Of a stretch of DNA of 64,000 bases, positions 44,301 to 58,346 are shown one piece after another. The notes under the pieces are model-generated. The model had not been told where the DNA came from, made no database searches, and saw only the letters and a program-made list of their open reading frames with translations. The position numbers and the translations under genes are program-made. The first letter of the stretch is position 1, and each line of letters starts with the position of its first letter. The DNA is from Octopus sinensis (lineage: Eukaryota), in assembly GCF_006345805.1 (NCBI RefSeq), contig NC_043026.1, forward strand, positions 6,262,001 through 6,326,000, given 5' to 3'.

Positions 44301-47300
44301 AGAGGTGTGTGAGTGCATACGTGAGTGTGTACGCCTCCTTGAGGCATTGCAAAATGTGCCATAAATGAATGTCGTTCATTTCTGATATTCTGTGAAAACA
44401 TGTCTGGCTATGGAGGGGGGGATATTGCTTGGCTTGGAAGAAGAAAAGTTGGTGACAGGAAGGGCATCCAGTTGTAGAGAAAAAAAAAAAGAAACCTGCC
44501 TCGATACATGCATGGCTACATGTGAATGTGGTCAGTGATGGAAAAATAGGAGCCAAGGGTGGGGAGGCGGTGAGGGCAAAAAGGAAAGTTGAAAATAAAT
44601 GCAGATTTTGCAGATTTGTGTAATAGGGACACGGGGGGGGGGGGGGTGTTGCATTGGAAGGGAAGGGGTCAAAGAGTAAACCAACAAGTAAATGCTGAAA
44701 CAAACTGGACACACAGACAGACGACAACGCTGCCATCACTTTCGCTGTCATTGTTGCTCACTGGGGTGGGAGCTAAGTTTAGGTTAATTGGGGTGGTCAA
44801 ACTTAAAAAGGGTGACGGGTCTTGGCGAGGGAGGAGTGGAGGGTGGGCGGGCAGCAGGGAAACCCGTAACAAATAAAAAGAGAAAAAAAAACAGACAAAA
44901 TTACACATGAGACAAACAAACAAACACCAAGGACGAAACAGGGAACGCAACAGGGACAGACAGACAGACAGGTAGACAGATGGATTAAAAAAAGGGACGA
45001 CGACAACGCCTTCGTTCCGCCAAGATTGTCGTATTCGGTCAGCCGGCCGGCCCACCCACCCACCCGCCTGTCGGTCAACATAACAATGTAATGAAGGGAT
45101 GGGGTGGGGTGTGGGGGGACGGAGGTGGGGTGGGGCGGGGCAACGGAGGTGGTGTGGGGAGGGCGGTGGTCAGGAGATGGAGAGAGAACCAAGTCACATC
45201 GTAGTTCAGGCAGAGTGGAGTTTTCTGGGGGAAGGTCAGACAGGGGCAGGTGAGGGGGGGTGTAAATAGAAGCAGAAAGACAGCCCCTCCTCAGCAGAAA
45301 TATTTAATGATGGGGGGGGGGGGCAGACAAAGAAATTGGGGAGCATAAACATAAATTATTTCATAGCTTGGAGTGTAGAATTTGGGGGGAGAAGGGACGT
45401 CAGAAGTGGTGGTGGTATGGAATACTTAAGCTACTGAGGGGATAGGGCAGAATGAGGGGGCACATAAGCTAAACTGCACCCTCGTTCAAATAGGGTGGAG
45501 CTTTCATTTTAGGGTGGAGGGAAGGCCAGTGATGGCGGTCTTGATAGGGGCAGGAGAATATGATTAGTTAAAGGGGGGAACAGCGGGCCAAGGATTTTTT
45601 GGAGGAACAGTGAAGCTTTTATCAGGTGGAACATTTATTGGCGGTGACGGGAATCTAAGGGGGCCTGACCAGGGGTAGGGGAGAGGACAGGGTAGTTAAG
45701 AGGTGCAGGCAAGGGACAGGGGTGGGTGGGACACGTAATTATTAAAAAAAAAATTCAAAAAAAAAAAAAGAAATAGTTTTAAACAGCAACAAACAGTGTG
45801 TGAGAGAGCGTGGTACTTACTGCCAGGTAATAATGTTTGCTTCTTCACCAATCCCAGAACGTCCAGAATGGAGGCGCCCGGCCGACGACATGGATCATCA
45901 TCTGATGGAAGGCAATCAAGTAACATATCATAGAGGCGGCACGGAGGCGGTACAATGGTTTTTTTTATATTTACTTTTATGGTATTTTGGCAGTGTGGGG
46001 GGGAGCGGTTTGGGGGGAAGGAGGAGGAGTAGGAGCAGGAAGGGGCAGGGGGCGGGGCACAGAGACACTTTGTGGCGGCAGCAGTAGCGACAATGAGGAC
46101 AGGGGGAGCCAGTGTTTTAAAATCATGGGGTGTATGTGTGTGTGTATTATTTTTTTGCTGAGGGGGGATCGTTTTTTTCTCTCATTTCCCCCTCCCCCAC
46201 TTCAAAAATGGGTGAACATTGCAGTATAACCAACATCACAAGTCAAACTGATATATGTAAAGACTGGAAAAATAAACACTATATACAGATACTTATATGT
46301 ATGTATGTATATTATATATATATATATATATCTATATATATATAAATACACACACACACACCCTATTTGTGTATTAAGGCTACCATTGGTTTCCCAACAG
46401 CCTTGAAACCAAGGAAATATCTTAATTTTTTCAAGTCAATCACATGAAACCAATGGTAGCCTTAATGCATGAAACCAATGGTAGCCTTAATGCATGAAAC
46501 CAATGGTAGCCTTAATACATGAAACCAATGGTAGCCTTAATGCATGAAACCAATGGTAGCCTTAATGCATGAAACCAATGGTAGCCTAAATACATGAAAC
46601 CAATGGTAGCCTTAATACATGAAACCAATGGTAGCCTTAATGCATGAAACCAATGGTAGCCTTAATACATGAAACCAATGGTAGCCTTAATGCATGAAAC
46701 CAATGGTAGCCTAAATACATGAAACCAATGGTAGCCTTAATACATGAAACCAATGGTAGCCTTAATGCATGAAACCAATGGTAGCCTTAATACATGAAAC
46801 CAATGGTAGCCTTAATGCATGAAACCAATGGTAGCCTAAATACATGAAACCAATGGTAGCCTTAATACATGAAACCAATGGTAGCCTTAATGCATGAAAC
46901 CAATGGTAGCCTTAATGCATGAAACCAATGGTAGCCTTAATACATGAAACCAATGGTAGCCTTAATGCATGAAACCAATGGTAGCCTTAATGCATGAAAC
47001 CAATGGTAGCCTTAATGCATGAAACCATTGGTAGCCTAAATACATGAAACCAATGGTAGCCCTAATGCATGAAACCAATGGTAGCCTTAATACGTGAAAC
47101 CAATGGTAGCCTTAATGCATGAAACCAATGGTAGCCTTAATGCATGAAACCAATGGTAGCCTTAATGCATGAAACCAATGGTAGCCTTAATACACAGATA
47201 AAGAATATTTATCCATCCATATTCTCATTGTTCAACTAAGAGCATTGTTGTCGATGCTATCAATCCAAAAACATATTTTTCTGGTTCCTACGAGAGATAC

Positions 47301-50300
47301 CCCAAAGTTACCATCTGTAGCAACAGGACCAAACTCGATACTGTCTCACACTGGTTCACATATTTACACAAGCATTCACATGTACTATTACTAGTTACTT
47401 TTTAATTACATTACTAATATTCCCTTCCACTTATTAGAAAATCCTGTAATTAATTCATACCAATTTTGTTATTATTGTCTTCCATAATCTTTAAAATTTT
47501 TAACTTTGTGTTCTTATAATGTTACATTGAGAATTTAATATTTAACAAAGACTTTCTTTCATCTGAGGATGTAGCTTTAATTCTGCATTATTTTGAAGGA
47601 ACTTCTCCATTTTGCATTAATGCAGACGTAAGTAATTTATTTATTATTCAATATAATAATAATATAAACTATTTACATGTTTTTAAGTTACGAAACAATC
47701 TGTCATGATAATAGAATTTCCTTATTGCCAAATAAAATTTTATCAAACTATTTCTGTCATTTATAACCTCATATATATATAATCAAAACAAGCAACAAGT
47801 ATATCCAAGGTAGTGTAGTACAATCGTTTCATGCTACTTCGTTTTATTAAACAATGTAAGTATTACATCAGTTTTAAAATGTCGAGCAATCTTCAGCCAC
47901 ATATAGAATTTTCCAATTAAACAGACAATGCACATCCTTATCCCTATTACATATGCCAACATTATATATATATATATACATATACATACATACACACCAC
48001 ACACACACACATATATATACTGCATGTATATGCACACATATACATACATATATTTTTGGAATATTGCAAAGACAGATAACTTGTGAGCACTTAAAAAACT
48101 ATTTAAGAGTAAAATGCAATACACAGCCAATTTCAGTCACTGGTCAATGGCCATCCTGGAGCACAGCTTCTAAGAGAATTGTTATTACACTATCAACCAA
48201 CGAACATATTTTTCTGGTTTCTACAAATTTAGCATCTGTACCAATGGGACAAAACTGGACATTGTCTTAAACCGGTTCACACGTTTACAGAAGCATTCAC
48301 ATGCACACAGAAGGATATGCACACGTGCGCACACTAGCGTTCACACTTGACAGACATCTGCATCATTTCTACCTACCAACTTCCGTTGTCCACGCTGATA
48401 ACCAACATGAAGCTGTGCAAGGACTCTGCGACACTTACCGAAGGTGCCAAGTAGTGAGACGGAACCTGGAATCAAGGGATTCTTCTTAACGTTACGACTA
48501 AGGTGCATCACTTTTAGATGTTCTCGTTTTCCATGCTCGCATCGTGAGTCAGATGTTTCTACGGCCGGGTGCCTTTCCGGTCACCAACCCTCACCAGATC
48601 CAAACAAGGTAGTATTCCACACCCCACACCCGGCTGGACGTATGTTTTGGAGAATACTGGGAATGCACGGCACTGCTTGTATAACAGTGACAATTGTTTA
48701 CAACAATCATGTGATGTCAAGAGGAGACACAAACACATGTATGCACACACCCACATATATATACACACACATATATATGCATTTATATCTATACATATAC
48801 ACACACACACACACACATATATGCATTTATATATATACATATATACACACACATATATGCATTTATATATATATACATATATACACACACACACATATGC
48901 AGTTATATATATACATATATACACACACACATATATGCATTTATATATATACATATATACACACACATATATATGCATTTATATATATACACATACATGA
49001 CAGGCTTCTTTCAGTTTCCATCCATCAACAAAATTTGGTGGAGCTGGAGAACAGTCACCTCCACCCCTAAAACTGACCTTTCCGATTTTTTTTTTCACCG
49101 GATTCCTATGTTTTCGATGACGGACATTCTGAATATGCAAAGAACCACATTTTCAAAATTTTATATATATAGACTCTCTTCTTACTCTTTTACTTGTTTC
49201 AGTCATTTGACTGCGGCCATGCTGGAGCACCGCCTTTTAGTCGAGCAAATCGACCCCGGGACTTATTCGTTTGCAAGCCCAGTACTTATTCTATCGTTCT
49301 CTTTTGCCGAACCGCTAAGTGACGGGGACGTAAACACACCAGCATCGGTTGTCAAGCAATGCTAGGGAGACAAACACAAACACACACACACATATATATA
49401 TACGACAGGCTTCTTTCAGTTTCCGTCTACCAAATCCACTCACAAGGCATTGGTCGGCCCGGGGCTATAGCAGAAGACACTTGCCCAAGATGCCATGCAG
49501 TGGGACTGAACCCGGAACCATGTGGCTGGTTAGCAAGCTACTTACCACACAGCCACTCCTGCGCCTACTGTTTTATTAAATTATTTAACTACTCTGGCTT
49601 TACCCGTATACACCCCTGGTTGTGTTTTCACAATGCAAATCCTGCTCCTACTTGTTTGGACATGAACTCACTGGGAGGGATCTGACTGAGCATAGGAGAT
49701 GCTCAGTAGGGAGTCGACACCCGTAGCTGACAGTTGCCTACTGTCCTTCTCTTCCACATTGTGAAAGCTTACCATAGCGTTTTATCTAAATACAATGAAA
49801 TTCAAAGACTTCATTTTTTTTTTTTTTTTATGGGGCACATATGGGTTAAATTGAACCCATCTGCTTGGTGTGCCCTCTCTCAAAGAGTAAAGTCAGAGAT
49901 CCCAGAACAAAACATGAAGGAGCTGGCTGGCTGAAGTTTCAAGGACTTCCCCCGACACCCACACATTTTGCATTTCATTTGAACCCAGGTAAGTGTGGGC
50001 TGGAACATTTAATTAGTTGATATTACACCAAATACTGAAAAGGGAAGTCATTAACATTAATCGACACTTCTTGTCAATGAAGGCAAGGGAGATAATTCTG
50101 AAATTTAAATTAATTAAAAATTTATTTGCAGAAAACAGAGTGAGAGGGGGGGGGGGCATAATCTAATTGTCTGTTTTAAATACTAGGAAATTTTTTCAAT
50201 GTTATTTATTTTAAATTGTTTAACCAGTAAAAATACAAACTTGTTGACTTGCTACCTCGCAAAGACTAAGATGAATTAACATGTTATCAGACTCAGCTCC

Positions 50301-52639
50301 ACTGAAGAGGTTCAACAAGACTGGAACATGCTCACCAAACATCAAACCCATTCTCCATTGCATAGCTTCATTTTTTAATGGGGGGGGGTGCAAAAGTAGG
50401 TATACAGTTACAGAAAAAGAAAATACGTACAATACTCATTTATTTTTATCAAAAAAAAATATTTCGAAGTTAGCCTCATTTTTGATATTTTTACTTTTAT
50501 TGTAACTTAATTCTTTTGATAAAAATAAATGATTATTGTATGGGTTTTCTTTTTACATAGCTGTATACCTACCTTTGCACCACCACACCTGTATGTAATT
50601 AAAGGTGGTGTACTGACAGAATCGTTAGCATGCTAGGCAAAATACTTAATGAAATTTTGTCCGTCTATGTTCTGAGTTCAAGTCCTGCCACAGTTGATGC
50701 TGCCTTTCATACTTACAGGGGTTGATAAAATAAATATCAACTGAACAATTGGGCAGGGGTCAGTGTAATCAACTCCCCCCTCACCCGAAATTGCTGGCCT
50801 TGTGTCAAGATATGAAACCATTAAGTGATTAGTTAAAATTTTGACATTGTCCAAGTCCACATCCACAACCTTTGTTGTTAACGCTAACGATGCTTCAACC
50901 AATTTAGGCAGCAAACTGACAGAGTCACAAAGGGGCCAGACATGGGGCTCAATAAAAAGTCCTTAGGAAATTGTGGAAAAAAAATCTCCCAAAATTCACA
51001 CAGCTCAGATATCATCATCATCATTTATCATCATCATTTAACGTCCGTTTTCTGCGCTAGCACGGGTTGGAAGGTTCGACCGGGGTCTGGGAAGCCAGGA
51101 GGCTGCACCAGGCTCCTGTCTGATCTGGCAGTGTTTCTACAGCTGGATGCCCTTCCTTACGCCAACCACTCCGCGAGTGTAGTGGGTGCTTTTTACGTGC
51201 CAGGGGAGTCTGGCATCGGCCACGATCGGTTGGTGCTTTTAACGTGCCACCGGCATGGAAGCCAGTCAAGGCGACGCTGGCATCGGCCACGTTCGGATGG
51301 TGCTTTTTATGTGCCACCGGCACAGAAGCTAGTCGCATCAAACAATGTCAGATATTTACAAAGAGAAATCAAGTGTTTCCATGAATGCACTAATGAGGTT
51401 TGTATTAAAATTCACATTTAAACATCAAGGGGTTAACTCGGCCAGGTTGGTCGTCTGAGCCAAGAAATTTTCCGGTCGACTGCAACCGGGTTGATAACAA
51501 AAGGGTTAAGGGTACACAGGTCTGCATGTTCCATTGATTGGATGAGCTGGAACACTCATCGCTGTAAACTGACAGGGAGCCTGGCCAAATCACATACCAG
51601 TCCACTGCAGTGGATTAGCAGAAAGAAAAAGGCAGAGCGTCAGACGAAATGCCCTGCTGTATAACATTCTGGTTCCATGTATGCTGAGTTCGATCTCCAC
51701 TGCTGTCAGTCACCATGGGGTGGTGACAGAGGATACAACTCTGCAATGGACTGCAACTCACTGATTACAAATTTCTTTTCGGTTGATACATTAAAGTGTC
51801 TTAACCAGTACTTGACTATGTGTCCTTTATGCATAAGGCATCCATGAGAAAAAATTCTTAGATGTTTTTTATACAAAGATACATCATTGTGTTATACACA
51901 TGAATACACACAGATATACACATATACAAATTTCTTAGACATGTAACTACATGGATATGAACGTGTAGTGACACGAATATAAAAGCTAGACAAGGACTTA
52001 ATAATTCACATTTTTTGTGTGTGTATATGTATATATATATGATGATATATATATATATATATCATATATATATATATGATATATATATATATATACACAC
52101 ACACACAAATACCCATACATACACATCTTCACATTCACATATAGGCATATACATCTATACACATACACAGGTATATATACATACATATATTATACACAAA
52201 CACACACATATATATATACACACACACACACATTAACACAAATACACATATATACACACACATACACATTCACACATGTACACATCAGACTATATTTCTT
52301 ATACAGATAAGCACACATACATCCGCACATATAATAACGTGCCTATCACTGACAGAGTGAAAGTTAACCAACTGGAAGCCACCACATCACATGAGAGGTA
52401 AAGTAATTGTGGAAGGGTGTTTCTTATCCAAAATATTGCCACAACAGGGGGGCGGGGATATTTACTGAAGCACTGGTGTTCCGTCTTAAGCTTCCTGTAA
52501 ATAATAACATGGCATATAGAGAGAGGTAGGTAGGGGGAAGAGGGAGACTGAAAGAGAGAGAGAGAGAGAGAGGTGAAGAAGGCCTAGAAATTTGAAAGAG
52601 TGGGAAGGAACTGAGGCTGAAATAAAGAAAGAGTAAAAG

Positions 52640-52670
<31 letters not shown>

Positions 52671-55600
52671 CTATACAGGAAAAAAAAAAGAGTGATTGAG
52701 AAAGACAAGTTGAACAGAAAGATGAAGTAGGAGGAGTCAAACAGAGATGGAAGGAGAGTCAGAGAGAGAGGGGGAGGTAATTATACTGAAAGACAGGTTT
52801 GTTGTGCGAAGAGACGGAGAGCAAAGAAAGTGAGAGAGAGAGGTAGAGAGGAAGCTAGAAGGAAAGGAAGAGGGTGAGAGAGAGAAAGACAGGTTATAAA
52901 CAAAGGCAAAGTGAATCAGAGAGAGAGAGAGAGAGAGAGGAAGGATGAGGAGAGAAAACTCTGTGTGTGTGTGTGTGTGTGTGTGTCATCATCATCATCA
53001 TCGTTTAGTGTCCGCTTTCCGTGCTAGCACGGGTTGGACGGTTCGACCGGGGTCTGGGAAGCCAGGAGGCTGCACCAGACTCCAGTCTGATCTGGCAGAG
53101 TTTCTACGGCTGGATGCCCTTCCTAACGCCAACCAGTGTGTGTTTGTGTTGTGTATATGTTGGTGTGTGTATCATCATGAATCAGCATCACTTAACATCT
53201 GTTTTCCCTCCTGGCATGGGTTGGAGAGTCTGGCAGGAGGTGGTAAGGCTGGGAATGACAAATGATGGAGACCTTTGGTCAAGATGCTGTGCTTGAGTAG
53301 ACGACCCATCAAGCCAAGTGAAATCATAGTCAGGGCAGACACTGGTGTCACGCATCTGGCACCTGTGCCACGTAAAAGCATGCATTACACTCTCGGAGTG
53401 GTCGGTGTTAGGAAGAGCATCCAGCCGTAGAAATCTTGCCAAATCAGACTGGAGTCTGGTACAGCCCTTTGGCTTACCAGCTCAGGTCAAACTGTCCAAC
53501 ATGGACAACAGACATTGAATGACGATGATGATGATAATGACCCCTTTTATTACTATTTTAATTTGATGGACCCCTACAGCCATTCAACATTTTAAAACTA
53601 GTTTCATAAATACTATTTTGTTATTCACAAATTCCTTTGTGTAGGTTGAACAATATAAAATGTTAGAGAAAGAAACCCAGCTGTTACTAACAATACATAC
53701 ATTTTAATCCAAAGTTCTCACAGACCCTTAAAACCCTACTCTGGATTCCCAATTTACTATTTTCTTTGTACAGAACCCCAAAAACCAGCTGTTACTAACA
53801 ATACATACATTTTAATCCAAAGTTCTCACGGACCCTTAAAACCCTACTCTGGATCCCCAATTTACTATTCTCTTTGCACAGAACCCCAAAAACCAGCTGT
53901 TACTAACAATACATACATTTTAATCCAAAGTTCTCACGGACCCTTAAAACCCTACTCTGGATCCCCAATTTACTATTTTCTTTGCACAGAACCCCAAAAA
54001 CCAGCTGTTACTAACAATACATACATTTTAATTCAAAGTTCTCACGGACCCTTAAAACCCTACTCAGGATCCCCAATTTACTATTTTCTTTGCACAGAAC
54101 CCCAAAAACCTTATATGGACCAGCAGGGGTCACATGGAGCCCAACTGTGAACCATGACTTTAAATAAGTTACCAGTTATTCTCAAGAATGACTCGATGGT
54201 TTTTCGTCACACCGATGGATGAACATTTACTGTGTGTTTACAGAAGAGAAGAGAAGAGAAGTTCTGACAGGGGGAAGACGGGGAGCGAGAAACTGCTTGT
54301 GTTTGTGTGTGTGTTGGACTGTATGTGTGTGTGTGTTTGGGGAGAGAGAGAGAGAGAGAGAGAGAGAAGAAAGAAGAGAGAGACTCACAATTTGATTCTT
54401 CATCCACGTCATCTACTTCGACCCAGTCCACGTCTGGTTTCTGTGTGTAACAAGTCTTCTTGATGCAGTATACCATGTGATTAGCTGAGGAAGCACCGCA
54501 GCGGAGGAGGAGGCACGAAAAGGAAAACGGGAGAAGAAGGAGACATCAATGAACAAGGAATGAACACCGCCACCTCCCACACGTATGGCACAACACAGCA
54601 TTTACATATACGGCTTTCACATCGACTTACCTTGAAGGGGCAACATGGAGAGGAGAGAGAAACATCATTGCGAAGTCTCTGTACTTGGATAATCGGGACA
54701 GAGAGGGAACACCAATAGTGTCACTCACATCTTCCAGAAATAGCAACCAAATCTCCCTCAAATTACATCCAAAATTTTAGTTAAATTCCCTGAATGAGCT
54801 AGATTTCTGTTATAAGTCTTAAGTTGCATGGAGCTAAATCAAACCATATTAAATAATAATAATGATATATATATAAAATAAGTAATAAATGTGCCCATTT
54901 AAAGGCTAGCCAGGCTCATGGGCCCAGTTTCCCGGTTTCAATGGCGTATGTGTTCCCCAGCTGGACGGGACGACAGTCCATCGCAGCGTTACTCATTTTT
55001 GCCAGCTGAGTTGACTGGAGCAACGTGAAATGAAGTGTTTCGCCCAAGAACACAATGCGTCGCCCGGTCCAGGAATCAAAACCACAATCTTACGATCATG
55101 GTGCTGACACCCTAACCACTAAGTCACGTGCCCCCACGATCGGATGGTGCTTTTTACGTGCTACCGACACAGAAGCCAGTCAAGGCAGCACTAGCATCAG
55201 CCATGTTTGGGTGGTGCTTTTTACGTACCACCAGCCTGAGGATCACAACTACAATTTCCATTTGAATGAGATTTGATGTTGATGTACTTGACTGAATAGG
55301 TCACCTCAAGCATGGCATGTCACCCTACGATCCAAGGAACTTTTGAGTGGGCTGGTTAGACGACACTACTGTTGCTTCTCTGAGAGAGAGAGGGGTGTAT
55401 ATATGTATGTGTGTATATATATATATATATTATATATATATATAAAAGAGTGTTTATAATTATGAATAAATCACAATATACAATTACAATGGAGATGGTT
55501 GCAAAAACTCTCACATGTTAAGAAATAGCAGTCAAGCACTCATTTTCATTCATATTATATCTTCTCAGAATATATACATATGGCTAGATAACCGAAGAGA

Positions 55601-58282
55601 TGGTGTTGTGGATTTCCACTTCGGCATCTGAAACTCAGGTTTATCTTGACTATGAGTAATTGTAACATATTATTTTATAGATATATATAAATATATATAT
55701 ATATCATTCATATACACACATATATTATCATTATTATTACTGTTATTAAAATTAATAGAAGTATGGACGAAAAATGTCAGCACAACATAATCAAAATAAA
55801 TTTTAACTGAACATCTGAAAAACCTTTTAGCTGTTGAAGAACACAAGCCAAAAGCAGCACCAAACCAAATTTAAGGTTGAACAGTTGTTCATTCAACCAA
55901 GAATCTTCTGAACCTTCACAGGAGGTTTTAAGGAAAACTCCATTGCAAGCTTTAAAGATATTTAGGTTTGTTTCTTTGATACTTAGAGCCCTCCCCCCAA
56001 GTCATTCACAATAACTAACCCCTATCCCTGTCTCGAGGAACACTGGGTCCAAGAGTTCAACAGACATGGAGAAACTGAGAGAGAGACAAACAGACAGACA
56101 GACAGACCGAGTGAAGAACTTACCAATTTTGTTGCCGAGGCGACTCCCGAGCCACAAACAATACATGGGTTCGCCATCGGTTTCTCAGTGGGGATACTAA
56201 TGCTGAAGTTAGTGAGTCGCCCTGAGTGAAATCCCAACTGTGTGTAGCGTAGGCAGTGCTGCAGCTCGGTCGAAAACCGGCACATGGAGCATTCTATGTA
56301 TTTGCTGCAAGGAACACAGAGGTCGACTTTAAGAAGAAGGTTAGTGGTCGGTGGGAGCATAGGCATATAGACTAGTGCGTGTGTGTGTGTGTGCACATGA
56401 CTTTTGCATGTGAGAAATGAATGTGTAAGCCATTTGTGTGTATACATGGCTGTTGCGAATGTGTGTGTATGTAATATACGGAGATGTACTTGCATAGCAA
56501 GTGACCTGATCTGAGATCGTGTGCTGGAACAAAAACAATTGCAGCGTGGAAGGTGTTTATAAGGCCATTTAAGAAACACACAAAACCATTCGATCACTTC
56601 AACATTTAAATTTAATTTGCCAAAATATTTTCGTCACTTTGAGACCGCGAACTGACAAAATTTTGTGCTGCATCATATATATATATATACAATACAGATA
56701 AAGCGTGAAATATAAGTAATTTAATAAAATCAATAAATTTCACCTCCCTAGTAGATTTCGGGATGGAAAGGACCATATTCGTGTAAAATTATATAATTAT
56801 AATAGGGGTTTTTTGCAATAAGTTGCTTAAACCATAATTATATATATATATATATATTATATATATATAATATATATATATATATAAAAGAGTGTTTATA
56901 ATTATGAATAAATCACAATTATACAATTACAATGGAGATGTTGCAAAAACTCTCACATGTTAAGAAATAGCAGTCAAGCCACTATTTTCATTCATATTAT
57001 ATCTTCTCAGAATATATACATATGGCTAGATAACCGAAGAGATGGTGTTGTGGATTTCCACTTCGGCATCTGAAACTCAGAGTTTTATCTTGACTATTGA
57101 GTAATTGTAACATATTATTTTATAGATATATATAAATATATATATATATTCATTCATATACACACATATATTATCATTATTATTACTGTTATTAAAATTA
57201 ATAGAAGTATGGACGAAAAATGTCAGCACAACATAATCAAAATAAATTTTAACTGAACATCTGAAAAACCTTTTAGCTGTTGAAGAACACAAGCCAAAAG
57301 CAGCACCAAACCAAATTTAAGGTTGAACAGTTGTTCATTCAACCAAGAATCTTCTGAACCTTCACAGGAGGTTTTAAGGAAAACTCCATTGCAAGCTTTA
57401 AAGATATTTAGGTTTGTTTCTTTGATACTTAGAGCCCTCCCCCCAAGTCATTCACAATAACTAACCCCTATCCCTGTCTCGAGGAACACTGGGTCCAAGA
57501 GTTCAAACAGACATGGAGAAACTGAGAGAGAGACAAACAGACAGACAGACAGAGTGAAGAACTTACCAATTTTGTTGCCGAGGCGACTCCCGAAGCCACA
57601 CAAACAATACATGGGTTCGTCCATCGGTTTCTCAGTGGGGATACTAATGCTGAAGTTAGTGAGTCGCCCTGAGTGAAATCCCAACATGTGTGTAGCGTAG
57701 GCAGTGCTGCAGCTGGTCGCAAACCGGCACATGGAGCATTCTATGTATTTGCTGCAAGGAAAACAAGAGGTTCGACTTTAAGAAGAAGGTTAGTGGTCGG
57801 TGGGAGCATAGGCATATAGACTAGTGTGCGTGTGTGTGTGTGCACATGACTTTTGCATGTGAGTAAATGAATGTGTAAGCCATTTGTGTGTATACATGGC
57901 TGTGCGAATGTGTGTGTATGTATATATTACGGAGATGTACTTGCATAGCAAGTGACCTGATCTGAGATCGTGTGCTGGAACAAAAACAATTGCAGCGTGG
58001 AAGGTGTTTATAAGCCATTTAAGAAACACACAAAAACCATTCGATTCACTTCAACATTTAAATTTAATTTGCCAAAATATTTTCGTCACTTTGAGACCGC
58101 GAACTGACAAAATTTTGTGCTGCATCATATATATATATATACAATACAGATAAAGCGTGAAATATAATTAATTTAATAAAATCAATAAATTTCACCTAGT
58201 AGTATTTCGGGATGGAAAGGACCATATTCGGTAAAAATTATATAATTATAATAGGGGTTTTTTGCAATAAGTTGCTTAAACC

Positions 58283-58346
<64 letters not shown>

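Larger units (their letters stand above)
55440..58320. repeat. ~1.44-kb tandem duplication bounded by (TA)n and containing the HPZ exon
   Basis: taaaagagtgtttataat occurs near 55443 and 56885; gttgcttaaaccataat(TA)n ends both copies. Confidence 0.92.

Noticed and set aside
46443-47195. CRISPR-like array
   Set aside because: The units are contiguous with no unique spacers, there are no cas genes, the context is eukaryotic, and the array is explained by TIR amplification
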